DNA of 64,000 nt from Candidatus Woesearchaeota archaeon (GCA_018303625.1 JAGVXV010000016.1:7317-71316); one strand, 5' to 3'. Numbered from the stretch's first letter, positions 45,834 to 57,245 are shown. Notes: generated by a model not told the origin, from the letters alone. Numbers and translations: made by a program.

Positions 45834-48800
45834 ATGGAAAAAGGTGTTTTGGCAAGCAGGATTTGCGTTTTTGCATTAGTGGTTTTATCTTCTGTTTTTT
45901 TAATTTCCTGCAATAAGGCTGATTTGCCCCCGGCACCCAATGGAAATAGGGGCCCGATTGGCAAGGCAACTGGGATTTATGAGGGATATGGGGTTCCTTT
46001 TGACGTTTTCAATAATGATGAGCCAATTTTTACTTTAAGCAGGAATGTTGTTAATCTGGAGCCTGATCAAAATGAGATCTTCCTTGGCTTGAAAGCAAAG
46101 CAGGAAGGAGGGTATATATTCAAGGAAGGCTGGTATTTCACAAAAAACGGATGGAAAAAATTCTTATTTCCGCAGGATACAGTTAAAGAAAGCCGATGGA
46201 TTGCAGATAATGCCAATGTTACTTTAAATATCCCTGCTGATGATTTTGCTGATGGAGAGAACTATGTTGTTGCGTATTCATGCAAAAAATATGATGGCGC
46301 CTGGAAATGCGGCTGCACAAGCCAAAGCGGGCCATGCAACCAGTGGATGATACAGAATTTCCTCCTAAGGAGCGTTGATTTGCCCCCGGAGCCATTGCAG
46401 CCGGGAGAGATTTATTCAGGCGAGATTTACATGTCGCCTTCCAACAACCTGTTTACTTCAAGCTCAGAAGTTTATTTGAAATCCTACATCCAGTCAAACA
46501 AGGACTTTAGCGAAGATTACAGCAGCCTGAATTTCCTTATAACAATGCCCGATGGGAGCCAGGAGACTGTTGCTCCAAGCTATAAAAGCGATTTGAACTG
46601 CAATTTGTGCTACGGCGAATATTGCTCGGAAAGGTTTTCCTGCTATACAAGCCTTAGCGGAACTTATTTCCCGGCACAGCAGGGAAAGTATACAGTTGAT
46701 TTAAGCAGGGATATTGTAAATGCAAGGAAGGAACTTGGCTCCTTTACTGTTGATGATGATTTATTTGATAAATACCTGATAAGGAAAGATATTGAAAACT
46801 ATAAATTTATTGAAGGAAACGGGTATTTGCACGATAGCGGCTTTTCATTCAGCGCTTCTTACTCTAAAAGTGAAAAAGGCAATGCTTATGCAAATGTTGA
46901 ATCAAGCATCTATGTAAATGAAAACTTTAAGGGTAATATAAGGAATAACCCGGAATGGTCCCAATTAGAAATTAACGGCAACGTGATTTACTTCTATAGT
47001 TATGACTACTATAATAAATATTACAGCTACTATTATTATGACGATAATTACGCATCTTTTAGGTATATGTGGCTAAGCAACGGCAATTTGATTTCAATAA
47101 CTGCAGATGGGTTTGATGTCAATGATGCAAATGCGCTTGCAGAAGCTTATTTGGGGAAGCACCCAAGCGATAATGCTATTGTTGAGCCAGAAAGATATCC
47201 TGATATCCTTCTGGAGCATGATATTGACGGATTTAGGTATGTAAGGTCAACATTTGAGGAAGAGTCTGAAGGAGAACTTAACTTGGGTATTTATTCTGCT
47301 TTATACAAGGATGATGCAAATGGGGAGCATGCTGTCAATGTAATAATTTTTGATGATAAATCTGCCATGGACGAGGTTTTAAGAAAGGAGGGAATTTTTG
47401 ATTCTGAATTAATTGATATAGGTGGAAATAAGGTATATCGGATTGATGAATTTGCCTATGGCTGGACCAATGGAAATAATTTTGTCTATATTTTAACCGA
47501 CAGGTATGCTTATTACGCTTTGGCTGAGAAAGAAGCTAATGAGATTGTCAAAGAGTCTGCCGACAACATACTCACGGAGGAAACTGCCGTTGAAGTTAAG
47601 GATTATGACAGCGCCTTGGAGTATTCCCCTCTGGTTATTGTTGAGAAGTATTTGGAAAAGTATCCTTCCACTATTGAGAATCAGATCATTTACAAGATTA
47701 AAAAAGTATCTGGAAAAAACAGCCAAGATCCAAAAATCCATGATAATAAAATAAGTTTTACTGTTGGGGATGGGTCCTTAAGGCTTTATGATATCAAAAC
47801 AGATAAATATGGGGTTATAGAAGAAAATGCTGGTGCTTTTGGGAGACATGATATCTTTAGCAATTATGTTGTATACCACGATTTAGACGTAGGATTAAGA
47901 TTGTTTGATTATGCTACGGATGAAATCACTCAAATCGAGCCTGAAAAAACTAGTTTACAACCGCCAAGAATTTATGGAGATTATATAGTTTACAGCAAAG
48001 ATTCAAAACTAATTCTATACAGCATTTCTACTAAAGAAAAAACAATCATAGATGAGTATGGGACAAATGAATATGATGCTAACTTTAATCGTTATGCAAT
48101 TCATAAAAACAAAGTATACTATTCAAAAAAAAATGGATTAGATTTAATAGTATATGATATTACCAATTCTAATAAAACTACCATTACTCCACTTAGAGGC
48201 CAAATAGATGATTTCGACGTTACTGACGGTTACATTATTTATGAAACTATTTATTATAAAGACATGCAACACTTAATATTATACAGTATAAATGAAGGCT
48301 CTCACAAAATTATAGATTTGAGGCCTGATTTAAAAATGCTATACGGCCCATCCATATATTCTAATTTAGTTATTTACTCTAATAATACTAATACAAGGAT
48401 TTTATATGATATAGTATCGGATAAAAAGATAATATTAAATCTCGAATCAATTTATCTATACTCAATATATAAGGATTATATTGCATTTGAAAAGGATGCT
48501 GAAGTATATATAGGAAAAATTAATTTTGAACTGTTTGAGGGTATTGGAGTAGGAGTACCTTCTTCATGCACAGATTCCGATGGCGGGAAGAATATTTATT
48601 TGAAAGGAACTATCACAACTAACCAATATCCTGCATGGAATGACTTTACAGGTGACGATGTTTGTGCAAAAAAAACAGGTGATGCTCAATATAGTAGTGT
48701 AGACTCTTGTGAAGGAGACGATTGCTATATTAGGGAATACAGTTGTAAACCGCCAGAAACTCCATTTGATTTTATTCAATGCCCGAATGGCTGTCAGGAT

Positions 48801-49700
48801 GGGGCTTGCGTTGTAGGCGGATTTGAGGATTATCCAGACTTCTTGATGACAGATGGAAAATATAATGGTATTTTGGTTGTTGGTGATAAAAGCTCTGCAA
48901 GCGACATAGTGGCAATGGTAGATATTGCAACCAGCCTTCAATACAAATCTACAATCGAAGGAAAAGATGGAGAATTAATACAAATGATTGATGGAAGTAT
49001 AACAAAGCTTGCAAGCGAAGTAGATAACTTAAAACAGAACATAATCTCTGTGGGTCATGCCTGCGCCAATGCTGTCACTACAAAAATACTTGGCAATCCT
49101 GAAAACTGCACCAGCAATTACAATGAAGGTCAGGGAAAGCTCCAGCTGTTCATAAACGATGGCTATTACCATATACTTGTCGGAGGATATTCTGATAAAG
49201 ACGCAAGGGAAGCTGCCAAGATTTTGGCAAACTGGAAAGATAATAAGGAATTTCTGAAAGGAAAATTGATAGAGGGTGTTTTTTTTGACCCTTTTTCTAA
49301 TTTAACGAAGCAAATTGAGGATTTAATAATTAATGATCTAATAACAGGCGATAAAAAAATCTCTGTAGAACAAACTAACATAATAATGGATAAAGGAACA
49401 ACTAAAACCTTGCTATTTGGAGTAAGGAACAATATAGACACAATCTTAAATTATAAAATCGAGTTTGTCCCGATTTCCGGGCCTAACGGCTCTTTTAGTA
49501 CTGAATATCCCGACTGGTTTCAGTTTGACAAGGAAATGATCCATAGTCTCCCAAGTGCTGATTATGATGTAATGAGCATAAGATTAAGCATTCCGTCCGA
49601 TGCACAATCAGGCTCTTACCTTTTGGAATTTGATGTTGTAGATGATGCTAATGCTGAAATTTATTCCAGTAAAGAGTTTTTTGTTGTCGTAAAGAGTTAA
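45834..49700 (+). CDS. Large surface (S-layer-domain) protein, 1288 aa
   Basis: Signal peptide ending LISC (lipobox-like); YD/beta-propeller-like repeats; C-terminal S_layer_N/C-like block DYPDFLMTDGKYNGILVVGDKSSASDIVAMVDIATSLQYK...GHACANAVTTKILGNPENC. Confidence 0.8.
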   Translation: MEKGVLASRICVFALVVLSSVFLISCNKADLPPAPNGNRGPIGKATGIYEGYGVPFDVFNNDEPIFTLSRNVVNLEPDQNEIFLGLKAKQEGGYIFKEGWYFTKNGWKKFLFPQDTVKESRWIADNANVTLNIPADDFADGENYVVAYSCKKYDGAWKCGCTSQSGPCNQWMIQNFLLRSVDLPPEPLQPGEIYSGEIYMSPSNNLFTSSSEVYLKSYIQSNKDFSEDYSSLNFLITMPDGSQETVAPSYKSDLNCNLCYGEYCSERFSCYTSLSGTYFPAQQGKYTVDLSRDIVNARKELGSFTVDDDLFDKYLIRKDIENYKFIEGNGYLHDSGFSFSASYSKSEKGNAYANVESSIYVNENFKGNIRNNPEWSQLEINGNVIYFYSYDYYNKYYSYYYYDDNYASFRYMWLSNGNLISITADGFDVNDANALAEAYLGKHPSDNAIVEPERYPDILLEHDIDGFRYVRSTFEEESEGELNLGIYSALYKDDANGEHAVNVIIFDDKSAMDEVLRKEGIFDSELIDIGGNKVYRIDEFAYGWTNGNNFVYILTDRYAYYALAEKEANEIVKESADNILTEETAVEVKDYDSALEYSPLVIVEKYLEKYPSTIENQIIYKIKKVSGKNSQDPKIHDNKISFTVGDGSLRLYDIKTDKYGVIEENAGAFGRHDIFSNYVVYHDLDVGLRLFDYATDEITQIEPEKTSLQPPRIYGDYIVYSKDSKLILYSISTKEKTIIDEYGTNEYDANFNRYAIHKNKVYYSKKNGLDLIVYDITNSNKTTITPLRGQIDDFDVTDGYIIYETIYYKDMQHLILYSINEGSHKIIDLRPDLKMLYGPSIYSNLVIYSNNTNTRILYDIVSDKKIILNLESIYLYSIYKDYIAFEKDAEVYIGKINFELFEGIGVGVPSSCTDSDGGKNIYLKGTITTNQYPAWNDFTGDDVCAKKTGDAQYSSVDSCEGDDCYIREYSCKPPETPFDFIQCPNGCQDGACVVGGFEDYPDFLMTDGKYNGILVVGDKSSASDIVAMVDIATSLQYKSTIEGKDGELIQMIDGSITKLASEVDNLKQNIISVGHACANAVTTKILGNPENCTSNYNEGQGKLQLFINDGYYHILVGGYSDKDAREAAKILANWKDNKEFLKGKLIEGVFFDPFSNLTKQIEDLIINDLITGDKKISVEQTNIIMDKGTTKTLLFGVRNNIDTILNYKIEFVPISGPNGSFSTEYPDWFQFDKEMIHSLPSADYDVMSIRLSIPSDAQSGSYLLEFDVVDDANAEIYSSKEFFVVVKS

Positions 49701-49789
49701 TTTCTTCAAAAACAATAATCTTTAAATAATATTAAAAACTAATTTCTAAAACTATCTCAAAAAGAGGGGTACTAATCAAAAAATACCAT

Positions 49790-51043
49790 ATAATAAAAAT
49801 CAAGGCAAGGGAAGTTCTTGACTCAAGGGGGAATCCTACAATAGAGGTTGATGTTTTAACCGGTTCTGGCCTGTCGAGGGCAATTGTCCCAAGCGGCGCA
49901 AGCACTGGAAAGCATGAGGCTTTGGAATTAAGGGACAAAGGCAAGAGATACAATGGAATGGGTGTTTTGAAGGCTGTAAAGAATGCCAATAATATCATTG
50001 CCCCTAAGATCATAGGAGATGACTGCGTGAGGCAGAAGGCAGTTGATGAGGTGATGCTTGAGCTGGATGGCACTGAAAATAAGTCAAAACTAGGCGCAAA
50101 CGCAATTTTGGGTGTTTCAATGGCTGTATGCAAGTCAGCTGCCCATTACCTTGAAGTTCCTTTGTTTGAATACATCGGCAGCCTGGCAAATTCAAAGGCG
50201 AATTTAATGCCTGTTCCGCAAATGAATGTCATTAATGGGGGAAAGCATGCAGGAATTGAAAATGACATACAGGAGCACATGATAATGCCCAAGGGAAAAA
50301 GCTTCAATGAAAGCCTTATGATTGGGGCTGAAGTCTACCATGAATTGAAAGGCATACTAAAGAAAAAGTTTGGCGCGCAGGCTATTTTATTGGGGGATGA
50401 AGGGGGCTTTGTCCCGAAAATTGACAATGCCGAGAAAAGGCTTGAGTTAATCGAAAAGGCAATAAGCAACGCCGGCTATAAAAACAAAGTTTTTTTGGCT
50501 TTGGACTGCGCTGCCTCGGAGTTTTTTTATAAAAATCATTATAAAATAAGAAACAAAAAGTACAACTCAGGGCAATTAATTGATTACTACAAAAAATTAA
50601 TAAAAAAATTTAACATAATGTCAATTGAAGACGGGATGGCGGAAGATGACTGGGGAGGCTGGAAGCTTATGACAAAAGAATTAGGCGGCAAAATCCAGAT
50701 TGTGGGGGACGATTTATTAGTGACAAATGTTGACAGGATAAATAAGGCAATCTACTCCAAAGCCTGCAATTCATTGCTTTTGAAACTGAACCAGATTGGC
50801 ACAGTAACAGAAGCTATTGAAGCGTGCAAAGCAGCCCAAAAAAGCAAATGGGGCGTTATTGTAAGCCACAGGAGCGGCGAAACAGAAGATACTTTTATCG
50901 CCGACTTAGTTGTTGGATTGAATGCCGGGCAGTGCAAGTTTGGAGCGCCGGCAAGAAGCGAAAGAAACGCAAAATACAACCAATTATTGAGGATTGAGGA
51001 AGAATTGGGAAATAAAGCAAAATATTTTTCTAAATTGAAATGA
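49790..51043 (+). CDS. eno: Enolase (start codon uncertain: no in-frame ATG/GTG/TTG upstream of conserved N-terminus)
   Basis: [22 protein letters not shown]...SGASTG...SHRSGETED; in-frame stop at ~49733 and GAGGGG SD at 49763-49769 leave only ATA/ATT/ATC candidates near 49790-49799. Confidence 0.8.
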   Translation: MIKIKAREVLDSRGNPTIEVDVLTGSGLSRAIVPSGASTGKHEALELRDKGKRYNGMGVLKAVKNANNIIAPKIIGDDCVRQKAVDEVMLELDGTENKSKLGANAILGVSMAVCKSAAHYLEVPLFEYIGSLANSKANLMPVPQMNVINGGKHAGIENDIQEHMIMPKGKSFNESLMIGAEVYHELKGILKKKFGAQAILLGDEGGFVPKIDNAEKRLELIEKAISNAGYKNKVFLALDCAASEFFYKNHYKIRNKKYNSGQLIDYYKKLIKKFNIMSIEDGMAEDDWGGWKLMTKELGGKIQIVGDDLLVTNVDRINKAIYSKACNSLLLKLNQIGTVTEAIEACKAAQKSKWGVIVSHRSGETEDTFIADLVVGLNAGQCKFGAPARSERNAKYNQLLRIEEELGNKAKYFSKLK

Positions 51044-51789
51044 TAAAGCTTGTACTTTTAAGGCATGGTGAAAGCACCTGGAATAAAGAGAACAGGTTTA
51101 CTGGATGGACTGACGTTCCTTTGACGGAGCTGGGTATTAATGAGGCAAAAAAGGCAGCCAAGGTCCTGAAAAAAGAAGGGTTTGCATTTGATGTCGTGTT
51201 CACATCCGTATTGAAGCGCGCATTGGATACAACTGATATTGTTCTTGATGGGATGAAATTAAAAAAAATAAAAGTGCATAAGTCCTGGCGCCTTAATGAA
51301 AGGCATTACGGCGCATTGCAGGGCTTGAACAAGGCTGAGATGGCAGCAAAATACGGAGAAGAGCAGGTTTTGAAGTGGAGAAGAAGCTATGATATAAGGC
51401 CTCCTGCCCTAAAAGAAGATGACCAAAGATATTCCGGCAATGACACTCTTTACAAGGATTTAGACAAAAAATACATTCCCTTAACAGAATCGCTGAAAGA
51501 CACCGTAAAGCGCGTTGTGCCATATTGGAAAGATGAAATTGTGCCTGCGCTTAAAGCAGGAAAAAAAGTCCTTATTTCCGCCAGCGGGAATAGTTTGCGA
51601 GCTTTGGTAAAGCATATTGACAATGTGCCTGATGAAGAGATTGTGCAGTTCAACATTCCTTATGGTACTCCCCTCGTTTACGAGCTCAATGACGGATTGA
51701 AGCCAATAAAACATTACTTTCTGGGCGACCCTGAAGAAATAGAAAAAAAGATTAAGGCAGTTGCAGAGCAGGGAAAGGCGAAGAAATAA
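51040..51789 (+). CDS. gpmA: 2,3-bisphosphoglycerate-dependent phosphoglycerate mutase
   Basis: [10 protein letters not shown] catalytic His motif; ATG overlaps the eno stop. Confidence 0.85.
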   Translation: MIKLVLLRHGESTWNKENRFTGWTDVPLTELGINEAKKAAKVLKKEGFAFDVVFTSVLKRALDTTDIVLDGMKLKKIKVHKSWRLNERHYGALQGLNKAEMAAKYGEEQVLKWRRSYDIRPPALKEDDQRYSGNDTLYKDLDKKYIPLTESLKDTVKRVVPYWKDEIVPALKAGKKVLISASGNSLRALVKHIDNVPDEEIVQFNIPYGTPLVYELNDGLKPIKHYFLGDPEEIEKKIKAVAEQGKAKK

Positions 51790-51790
51790 A

Positions 51791-52732
51791 TCATTTACTC
51801 CTGTAAAACCTTGCTGCATCCTCAGGCATTACTGAATTTATTATAGCCCCTGTCGACAGCTCAAATCCTCCCCATTTCGCAAATCTTGGAGATACTTCAA
51901 TATGGAAATGCAGGTCAAAGCCCTGAGGGGCATAATGCAGGTAATAATTGTATGAAGCATTTAATCTCTTTAACTTCAACAGAATCTTTTTTAGGATAAC
52001 AGCCAAATCTTTCAGCTCATTATCGTCAAATTCCGTGATGTTTTTTTTGTGCTTTTTGGAAAAAATCCAGACTTCAAAATTAAATCTTGAAGCGAATGGC
52101 GCGATTGCAATAAAATTTTTGTTCTCAAAAACCTCCCTTTTTGTCTTGCTTTCAATCTTAATGATATTGCAGTAAGGGCATTTCTTATGTTTCTTTGCTG
52201 CATTAATCTCATCCATAATCTCTTTTGGCAAAATGGATATTGCCATTATTTGCGTATGGCTATGAACCAACGATGTTCCTCCAAAAACTCCGTGATTTTT
52301 AAAAATTGTGACGTATTTTATGCCTTTCAATTGTGACAAGGTTTTCATTCTTAAAGCATAAACTTCCAGTATCTCCATTATATGCTCCACGCTTAAATCC
52401 GCAAGCTGCTTTTTATGCTCGCTTGTTTCCGCAATAACCTCGTGCCGGCCGTAAGCATCGGAATGGGCAAAAAACTTATTTTTTGCTAATTTTGCATTTC
52501 CCTTCAATTCAACGGCGGGAAACTTGTTTGGAAACCACCTTATTTTCCACGTGCCTTTTTCCTCAACCCTGCCTATTTCCTTTGGAGTCAAATGCTCGCT
52601 TCCCGGGCAGAAAAAACATATTTTGCTTTCTTTTATAACTTCCTCTTTCCTAAACTCAAACGGCCTCTTTTTCCTTTCAGTTGCATAATAAACCCACCTG
52701 TCAAGAATATAGTCTTTTCTCAGAATGCCCAT
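51791..52732 (-). CDS. galT: Galactose-1-phosphate uridylyltransferase-like (GalT/HIT-superfamily nucleotidyltransferase)
   Basis: CFFCPGSEHLT zinc motif and HSHTQ (HxHxQ) active site. Confidence 0.75.
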   Translation of the reverse strand: MGILRKDYILDRWVYYATERKKRPFEFRKEEVIKESKICFFCPGSEHLTPKEIGRVEEKGTWKIRWFPNKFPAVELKGNAKLAKNKFFAHSDAYGRHEVIAETSEHKKQLADLSVEHIMEILEVYALRMKTLSQLKGIKYVTIFKNHGVFGGTSLVHSHTQIMAISILPKEIMDEINAAKKHKKCPYCNIIKIESKTKREVFENKNFIAIAPFASRFNFEVWIFSKKHKKNITEFDDNELKDLAVILKKILLKLKRLNASYNYYLHYAPQGFDLHFHIEVSPRFAKWGGFELSTGAIINSVMPEDAARFYRSK

Positions 52733-52867
52733 AATTATAAATTCGAAACAGAATTATTTAAACTTTTGGATTTTAATTCAGAATTTGTCAAAAACACTGC
52801 GCACTAAAGTGCCTTAACAATTCCTACATTTCAAAACATTTAAAAAACAGTAAAATAACCATAAAAC

Positions 52868-53530
52868 ATGGAATTAAAGCTGATAAAAAACAAGCTGCCA
52901 AGCAGATTATATGAAATTCTTGAAAAAGAAATAAAGAGTCTGAGGCCTGCCCAGGAAAAGGCGGTAAAAAAAGGGCTTCTGGAAGGAAAAAACCTTCTTG
53001 TTTGCACGCCGACTGCCTCCGGAAAAACACTTATCGGGGAGCTTGCAGCATTAAAATCAATCCTTGAAAGCAGGGGAAAGGCGATTTACATTGTGCCGTT
53101 AAAGGCATTGGCATCTGAAAAATACAATGATTTCAAAAAAAGGTACGAGAACGCCGCAAAAATCGCATTATCAATAGGTGATATGGACAGCAAAGACCCT
53201 TATCTTGTGGATTATGACTTAATTATCATGACGTCAGAAAAACTGGACAGCCTTATAAGGCACCATTCCCCATGGCTAAGCATGGTAAAAACCATCATAA
53301 TCGATGAGATACATCTGCTTAATGACATTGAAAGAGGCCCAACACTTGAAATCTTGATTACCTTGCTAAAAAAATTATTAAAAAATGTGCAGATTATAGG
53401 ACTGAGCGCAACAATAGGAAACCCTGAAGAGCTTGCTGAATGGCTTAGCGCGGATTTAGTGGAGGATGATTGGAGGCCGGTAAAGCTGCATAAAGGGATT
53501 TATCATGACGGGGAAATTGAGTTTTATTAA
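52868..53530 (+). pseudogene. Hel308/Ski2-like helicase N-terminal fragment (RecA domain 1 only)
   Basis: Q-motif-like RPAQEKA, Walker A CTPTASGKT, DEIH; ends after 220 aa where ftsY abuts on the opposite strand. Confidence 0.5.
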
Positions 53531-54708
53531 TCCAGCCCTAAATTTTTTATTACAGCATCAGAATCGAATTCCTGCAAATCTGAATAATTCTGGCCCGTTC
53601 CTAAAAACATTATCGGCTTTTTTGTCACGTAGCTTACAGAGACAAAAGCGCCGCCTTTTTCATCGACATCAGCCTTGGCCAGGATAATCCCGTCAATTCC
53701 CACAGACTCGTTAAACGCTTTTGCCTGCTCAACGCAGTCATTTCCGGTTATAGCCTCCCCGACAAAAATCTTCAAGTCAGGCTTTGCAACCCTTATTATT
53801 TTTTTCATCTCATTGAGCAGGTTTTCATTGCTGTGCATCCTCCCTGCAGTGTCAATCAGAACAACATCAATGTTTTTTGCCTTTGCATACTTGATCGCGT
53901 CAAAAGCAACAGCCGCAGGATCAGCCTTGTAGTCGTGCCTTATCATCTTGACATTTATGGAATCCGCGTGCTTTTGCAATTGCTCTATTGATGCTGCCCT
54001 GAAAGTATCGGAAGCTGCCAAAACAGCGCTGATTTTTTTGCTTTTCAGCATGGAGGCGATTTTAGCTATTGTCGTTGTTTTTCCCGAGCCGTTGATCCCA
54101 AAAAAAGCAATGACAAAAGGCCTGTCTTTTCTGCTCTTTATAAAATTCAGCAGGTTGATTTCCCCGACGTCAAAAAGCTCATTGACTGAATTTTTCAGGC
54201 TTTCCCTGATTGTTTCCTCGACCTTTGTTCTTTTAATCGGCTTTTCAACCAGGCTCTGCCTTAAATCATCCTTGATTTTGTCTATAACCTCAACAGCAAC
54301 ATTGTTTTCCAGCAATGCCAATTCCAATTCATTGAAAAGCTCGTCAAATTTTTCGCCGCTTATCTTTTTCGTAGTTATTTTTTCCTTTAATTTTCCAAAA
54401 AAGCCTTTTTCAACCTCTTCTGCTTCTTCCCGGATTTCCTTTATTTCTTCTTTTATTTCCTCCAGTTCAGGCTCTTCCTTTTTTGCTTCCTCCCTAACTT
54501 CTTCAAAAACTTCTTTGATATCTTCTTTCAAAACGCTAATTTCTTCTTTTAGTTCTTTTTTTCCTTCTTTTTTTTCCCTATCTTCGCCTGATTCCGCTGA
54601 TTTTTCTATGGGCTCGGCTTTAGTTTCTTCAGCTTCCTTTTCAAATTTTCCAGAAATCTTTGAAATAGCGCTTTTCAGCTTGTCTTTAAGAAATTTAAAC
54701 ATTTTCAC
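53527..54708 (-). CDS. ftsY: Signal recognition particle receptor FtsY
   Basis: E/K-rich N-terminal domain; NG domain FFGINGSGKTTTIAKIA, DTAGR. Confidence 0.9.
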   Translation of the reverse strand: MKMFKFLKDKLKSAISKISGKFEKEAEETKAEPIEKSAESGEDREKKEGKKELKEEISVLKEDIKEVFEEVREEAKKEEPELEEIKEEIKEIREEAEEVEKGFFGKLKEKITTKKISGEKFDELFNELELALLENNVAVEVIDKIKDDLRQSLVEKPIKRTKVEETIRESLKNSVNELFDVGEINLLNFIKSRKDRPFVIAFFGINGSGKTTTIAKIASMLKSKKISAVLAASDTFRAASIEQLQKHADSINVKMIRHDYKADPAAVAFDAIKYAKAKNIDVVLIDTAGRMHSNENLLNEMKKIIRVAKPDLKIFVGEAITGNDCVEQAKAFNESVGIDGIILAKADVDEKGGAFVSVSYVTKKPIMFLGTGQNYSDLQEFDSDAVIKNLGLD

Positions 54709-55121
54709 TCGGAAGCAATCTTGCCCATTTCCCTTTCAATTAAGGCTGCCTGCGTTGTCAACTTGTCTAATTCCACTAAAATCTGCTCCTGGATTTTTTT
54801 CATCTCATCTACCTGGCTTTCAACAATTTTTTTCGTGTCGCCGAGATTTTTCTTCACGCTTGTGCCGGCACCAACATTAACAACAAGATTTTCAGTGTCC
54901 TTGAGTTCAGCTTTGGCGTAAACACCTGAACTTATCGGAACCAGAATTTCAGTTCCCGGCTTCACAGTTTTAAAATCCTCGAGGCTTTGCATTGCGCCTA
55001 AAAGCTCGACGAGCTGGGCATTTAACGCCGCTGCCTGCTGCTGCATATGCTTTATATGGTGCTCCAAAACCTGAGACTGCATGTAAAGCTTTTGCAGCCT
55101 TTTTTCATTATTTTCTGCCAT
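54705..55121 (-). CDS. pfdA: Prefoldin alpha subunit
   Basis: Coiled coil - beta hairpins (EILVPISSGVYAKAEL) - coiled coil; conserved pfdA-ftsY pair. Confidence 0.75.
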   Translation of the reverse strand: MAENNEKRLQKLYMQSQVLEHHIKHMQQQAAALNAQLVELLGAMQSLEDFKTVKPGTEILVPISSGVYAKAELKDTENLVVNVGAGTSVKKNLGDTKKIVESQVDEMKKIQEQILVELDKLTTQAALIEREMGKIASE

Positions 55122-56091
55122 CTTTGCTCATTTTTCCTATTTTTTTGTATAATTTTTCATAGACAGTGCCCATCGGCGTTCCTTCATGCGCCCTGCTGAT
55201 GGTTTCCGCAAGAAAAGGCGCTATCGAGATAATTTTCATTTTCTTTATTTGCTTTTCCCCGGGGAGTTTTATCGTGTCTGTGAAAACAACTTCCTTTATT
55301 TCGGATTTTTCCAGCTTTTTTGCTGCGTCGCCCGACAGGACTGCATGGGTTGCGTAAACATAGATGTCTTTTGCGCCCTGCTTTCTTAATAAGGCCGATG
55401 CTTCTGTTATAGTGCCTCCGCTGTCAATTATGTCGTCTATTATTATGCAGGTCTTGCCCTTGACTTCGCCTATTATATTTTCGATTATCGGCTTGTTTGA
55501 GTTTTCAGAGCGCCTTTTGTCTATTATGGCAATCGGGGCGTGAATTACATTTGCTATCGCCCTTGCCCTTGAAGCACCTCCGACATCAGGAGCAATAAAA
55601 ACGATATTCCTGAGCTTTCTGCTTAAAATGTGCTCCACATACAAGGGTATCAGATCCAGATTGTCTGAATGTATGTCAAAAAACCCCTGCACCTGGGCAA
55701 CATGAAGGTCAAAAGTTATAACCCGGTCAACGCCTGCAGCTTCTATCATTTTTGCAACAAGCTTTGCGCTTATGGGCTCCCGAGGCTTGTTTTTCCTGTC
55801 CTGCCTGCTGTAGCCATAGTATGGGATGACTGCAGTAATCTTTTGAGGCGAAGACCTTTTTAATGCATCAACAGTTATGAGCAGCTCCATCAGGTTCAGG
55901 TTTGCATCAGGGCAGGTTGGCTGTATAAGAAAAACATCTGCACCCCTTACGCTTTCCAAAATTCTTACATAGATTTCGCCGTCAGGAAATCTTCGTATAT
56001 CTGTGGGAGTAAGCCTGACGTTAAGCCTTTTTGCAACCTCTTCTGCAAGATTTCTATTTGCGCTGCCTGCCATTAACCTAAGCTGTTGCAT
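55108..56091 (-). CDS. prs: Ribose-phosphate pyrophosphokinase (PRPP synthase)
   Basis: PRPP-binding IIDDIIDSGGT; N-terminal MAGSANRNLAEEVAKRL; 327 aa. Confidence 0.85.
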   Translation of the reverse strand: MQQLRLMAGSANRNLAEEVAKRLNVRLTPTDIRRFPDGEIYVRILESVRGADVFLIQPTCPDANLNLMELLITVDALKRSSPQKITAVIPYYGYSRQDRKNKPREPISAKLVAKMIEAAGVDRVITFDLHVAQVQGFFDIHSDNLDLIPLYVEHILSRKLRNIVFIAPDVGGASRARAIANVIHAPIAIIDKRRSENSNKPIIENIIGEVKGKTCIIIDDIIDSGGTITEASALLRKQGAKDIYVYATHAVLSGDAAKKLEKSEIKEVVFTDTIKLPGEKQIKKMKIISIAPFLAETISRAHEGTPMGTVYEKLYKKIGKMSKDGRK

Positions 56092-56148
56092 TCAAAAACC
56101 ACCCTAATAAAATTATAAACCGCCTTGATTTAAAAACCTTTTGGGTTT

Positions 56149-57135
56149 TCAAGCCTGCTTCTCAAACAGATATTTCGGCAGGTAGGATTTCATGTAATAT
56201 TTGCTGAATTCAATTATGTTAAAAGTTTCGATTATATCCTTAAAGTTCTCCCTTATCTGGATTGTTAAAAACCTTATTCTGTTTTTATCCGCAGATTCTA
56301 TATCCACCTCCATATCCCAGTCGCCTACAGTTTTGTTAAGCTGCACAATTTCTTTTGTTTTGAGCATAAAATCCATTAATTGCTGCTCTCTTTCCTTGCT
56401 TACATTATGCAGTTTAAGAAAAAGCCTGAACTTATTTATGCCAAGCTTGCCGGTGTCAAGGACATATTTGAAGCCTTTTACAATTTTTTTATTTTCGAGA
56501 TTTTTCAGGATAGAAACTGCTGTTTTTATGTTGATGCTGGACTGCCTGGCCAGGGTTGTGAGCCTTATTTTCGGACTAATCTGGAGGTTTTTCATGATAC
56601 TAATTTCATTCTGGCTGAAATCTTCTATTATCCTGTCGCCCCCGATGATTTTTTCGCCTTCTATATGGGTTATTGCACTATAATCCTCTATTAAGTAGTA
56701 TCTTGGATAGATATGGGTGACAACATTAAGCAGGATCTTATAGTTGTTTAAAGTGGGGATTAAGGTTGCTATGTTCTTCAGCTCCTTGTTGAATCTTGAG
56801 GGATTTGGTGCTCCGAGCTCCAATGCAAGGTCAAATTCGCCGCTAAGCTCGCAAATGGAAACTATGTAAGGGTTAATTACAAGCTTTTTTATAATCTCGG
56901 CCTTATCCTTTTCGCTGATATAGCCTCCCTTAAAATAAACCCTGAAGAGGATTATACCAAAATAGGAGTAATCAAAGACGCAATGCGCATTATTTATTAT
57001 GCCCTCTTTCTCAAATTTTTCTATTGAATATTTCAGGCGCTGGGAGCTTTTTTTAAGCGTGCCTGATAAATCCTTTATTTTCGCCCTTGCGTTTTCTGAG
57101 TAGAGGAACAAAAGGCTCCTGTCAAATTTTACCAT
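56149..57135 (-). CDS. Tandem (two-unit) Lrp/AsnC-like transcriptional regulator
   Basis: Two successive HTH + RAM-like (beta-alpha-beta-beta-alpha-beta) halves; 328 aa. Confidence 0.5.
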   Translation of the reverse strand: MVKFDRSLLFLYSENARAKIKDLSGTLKKSSQRLKYSIEKFEKEGIINNAHCVFDYSYFGIILFRVYFKGGYISEKDKAEIIKKLVINPYIVSICELSGEFDLALELGAPNPSRFNKELKNIATLIPTLNNYKILLNVVTHIYPRYYLIEDYSAITHIEGEKIIGGDRIIEDFSQNEISIMKNLQISPKIRLTTLARQSSINIKTAVSILKNLENKKIVKGFKYVLDTGKLGINKFRLFLKLHNVSKEREQQLMDFMLKTKEIVQLNKTVGDWDMEVDIESADKNRIRFLTIQIRENFKDIIETFNIIEFSKYYMKSYLPKYLFEKQA

Positions 57136-57245
57136 GTTTTTAATAGAATATTTTTATTTATTTATAAATTTTACCATATTTTTACTAAAAAATAAAAAAA
57201 TTGGATAAACAAAGTATAAATATAGGGAGGAGTATAGTGAAGGAT

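Noticed and set aside
49732-50133. 133-aa minus-strand ORF
   Set aside because: Overlaps the enolase N-terminal coding region, which is strongly conserved.
53948-54880. 310-aa plus-strand ORF, Ser/Phe-rich
   Set aside because: Antisense to ftsY, which has unambiguous SRP-GTPase motifs; its low-complexity composition is typical of antisense frames of E/K-rich genes.
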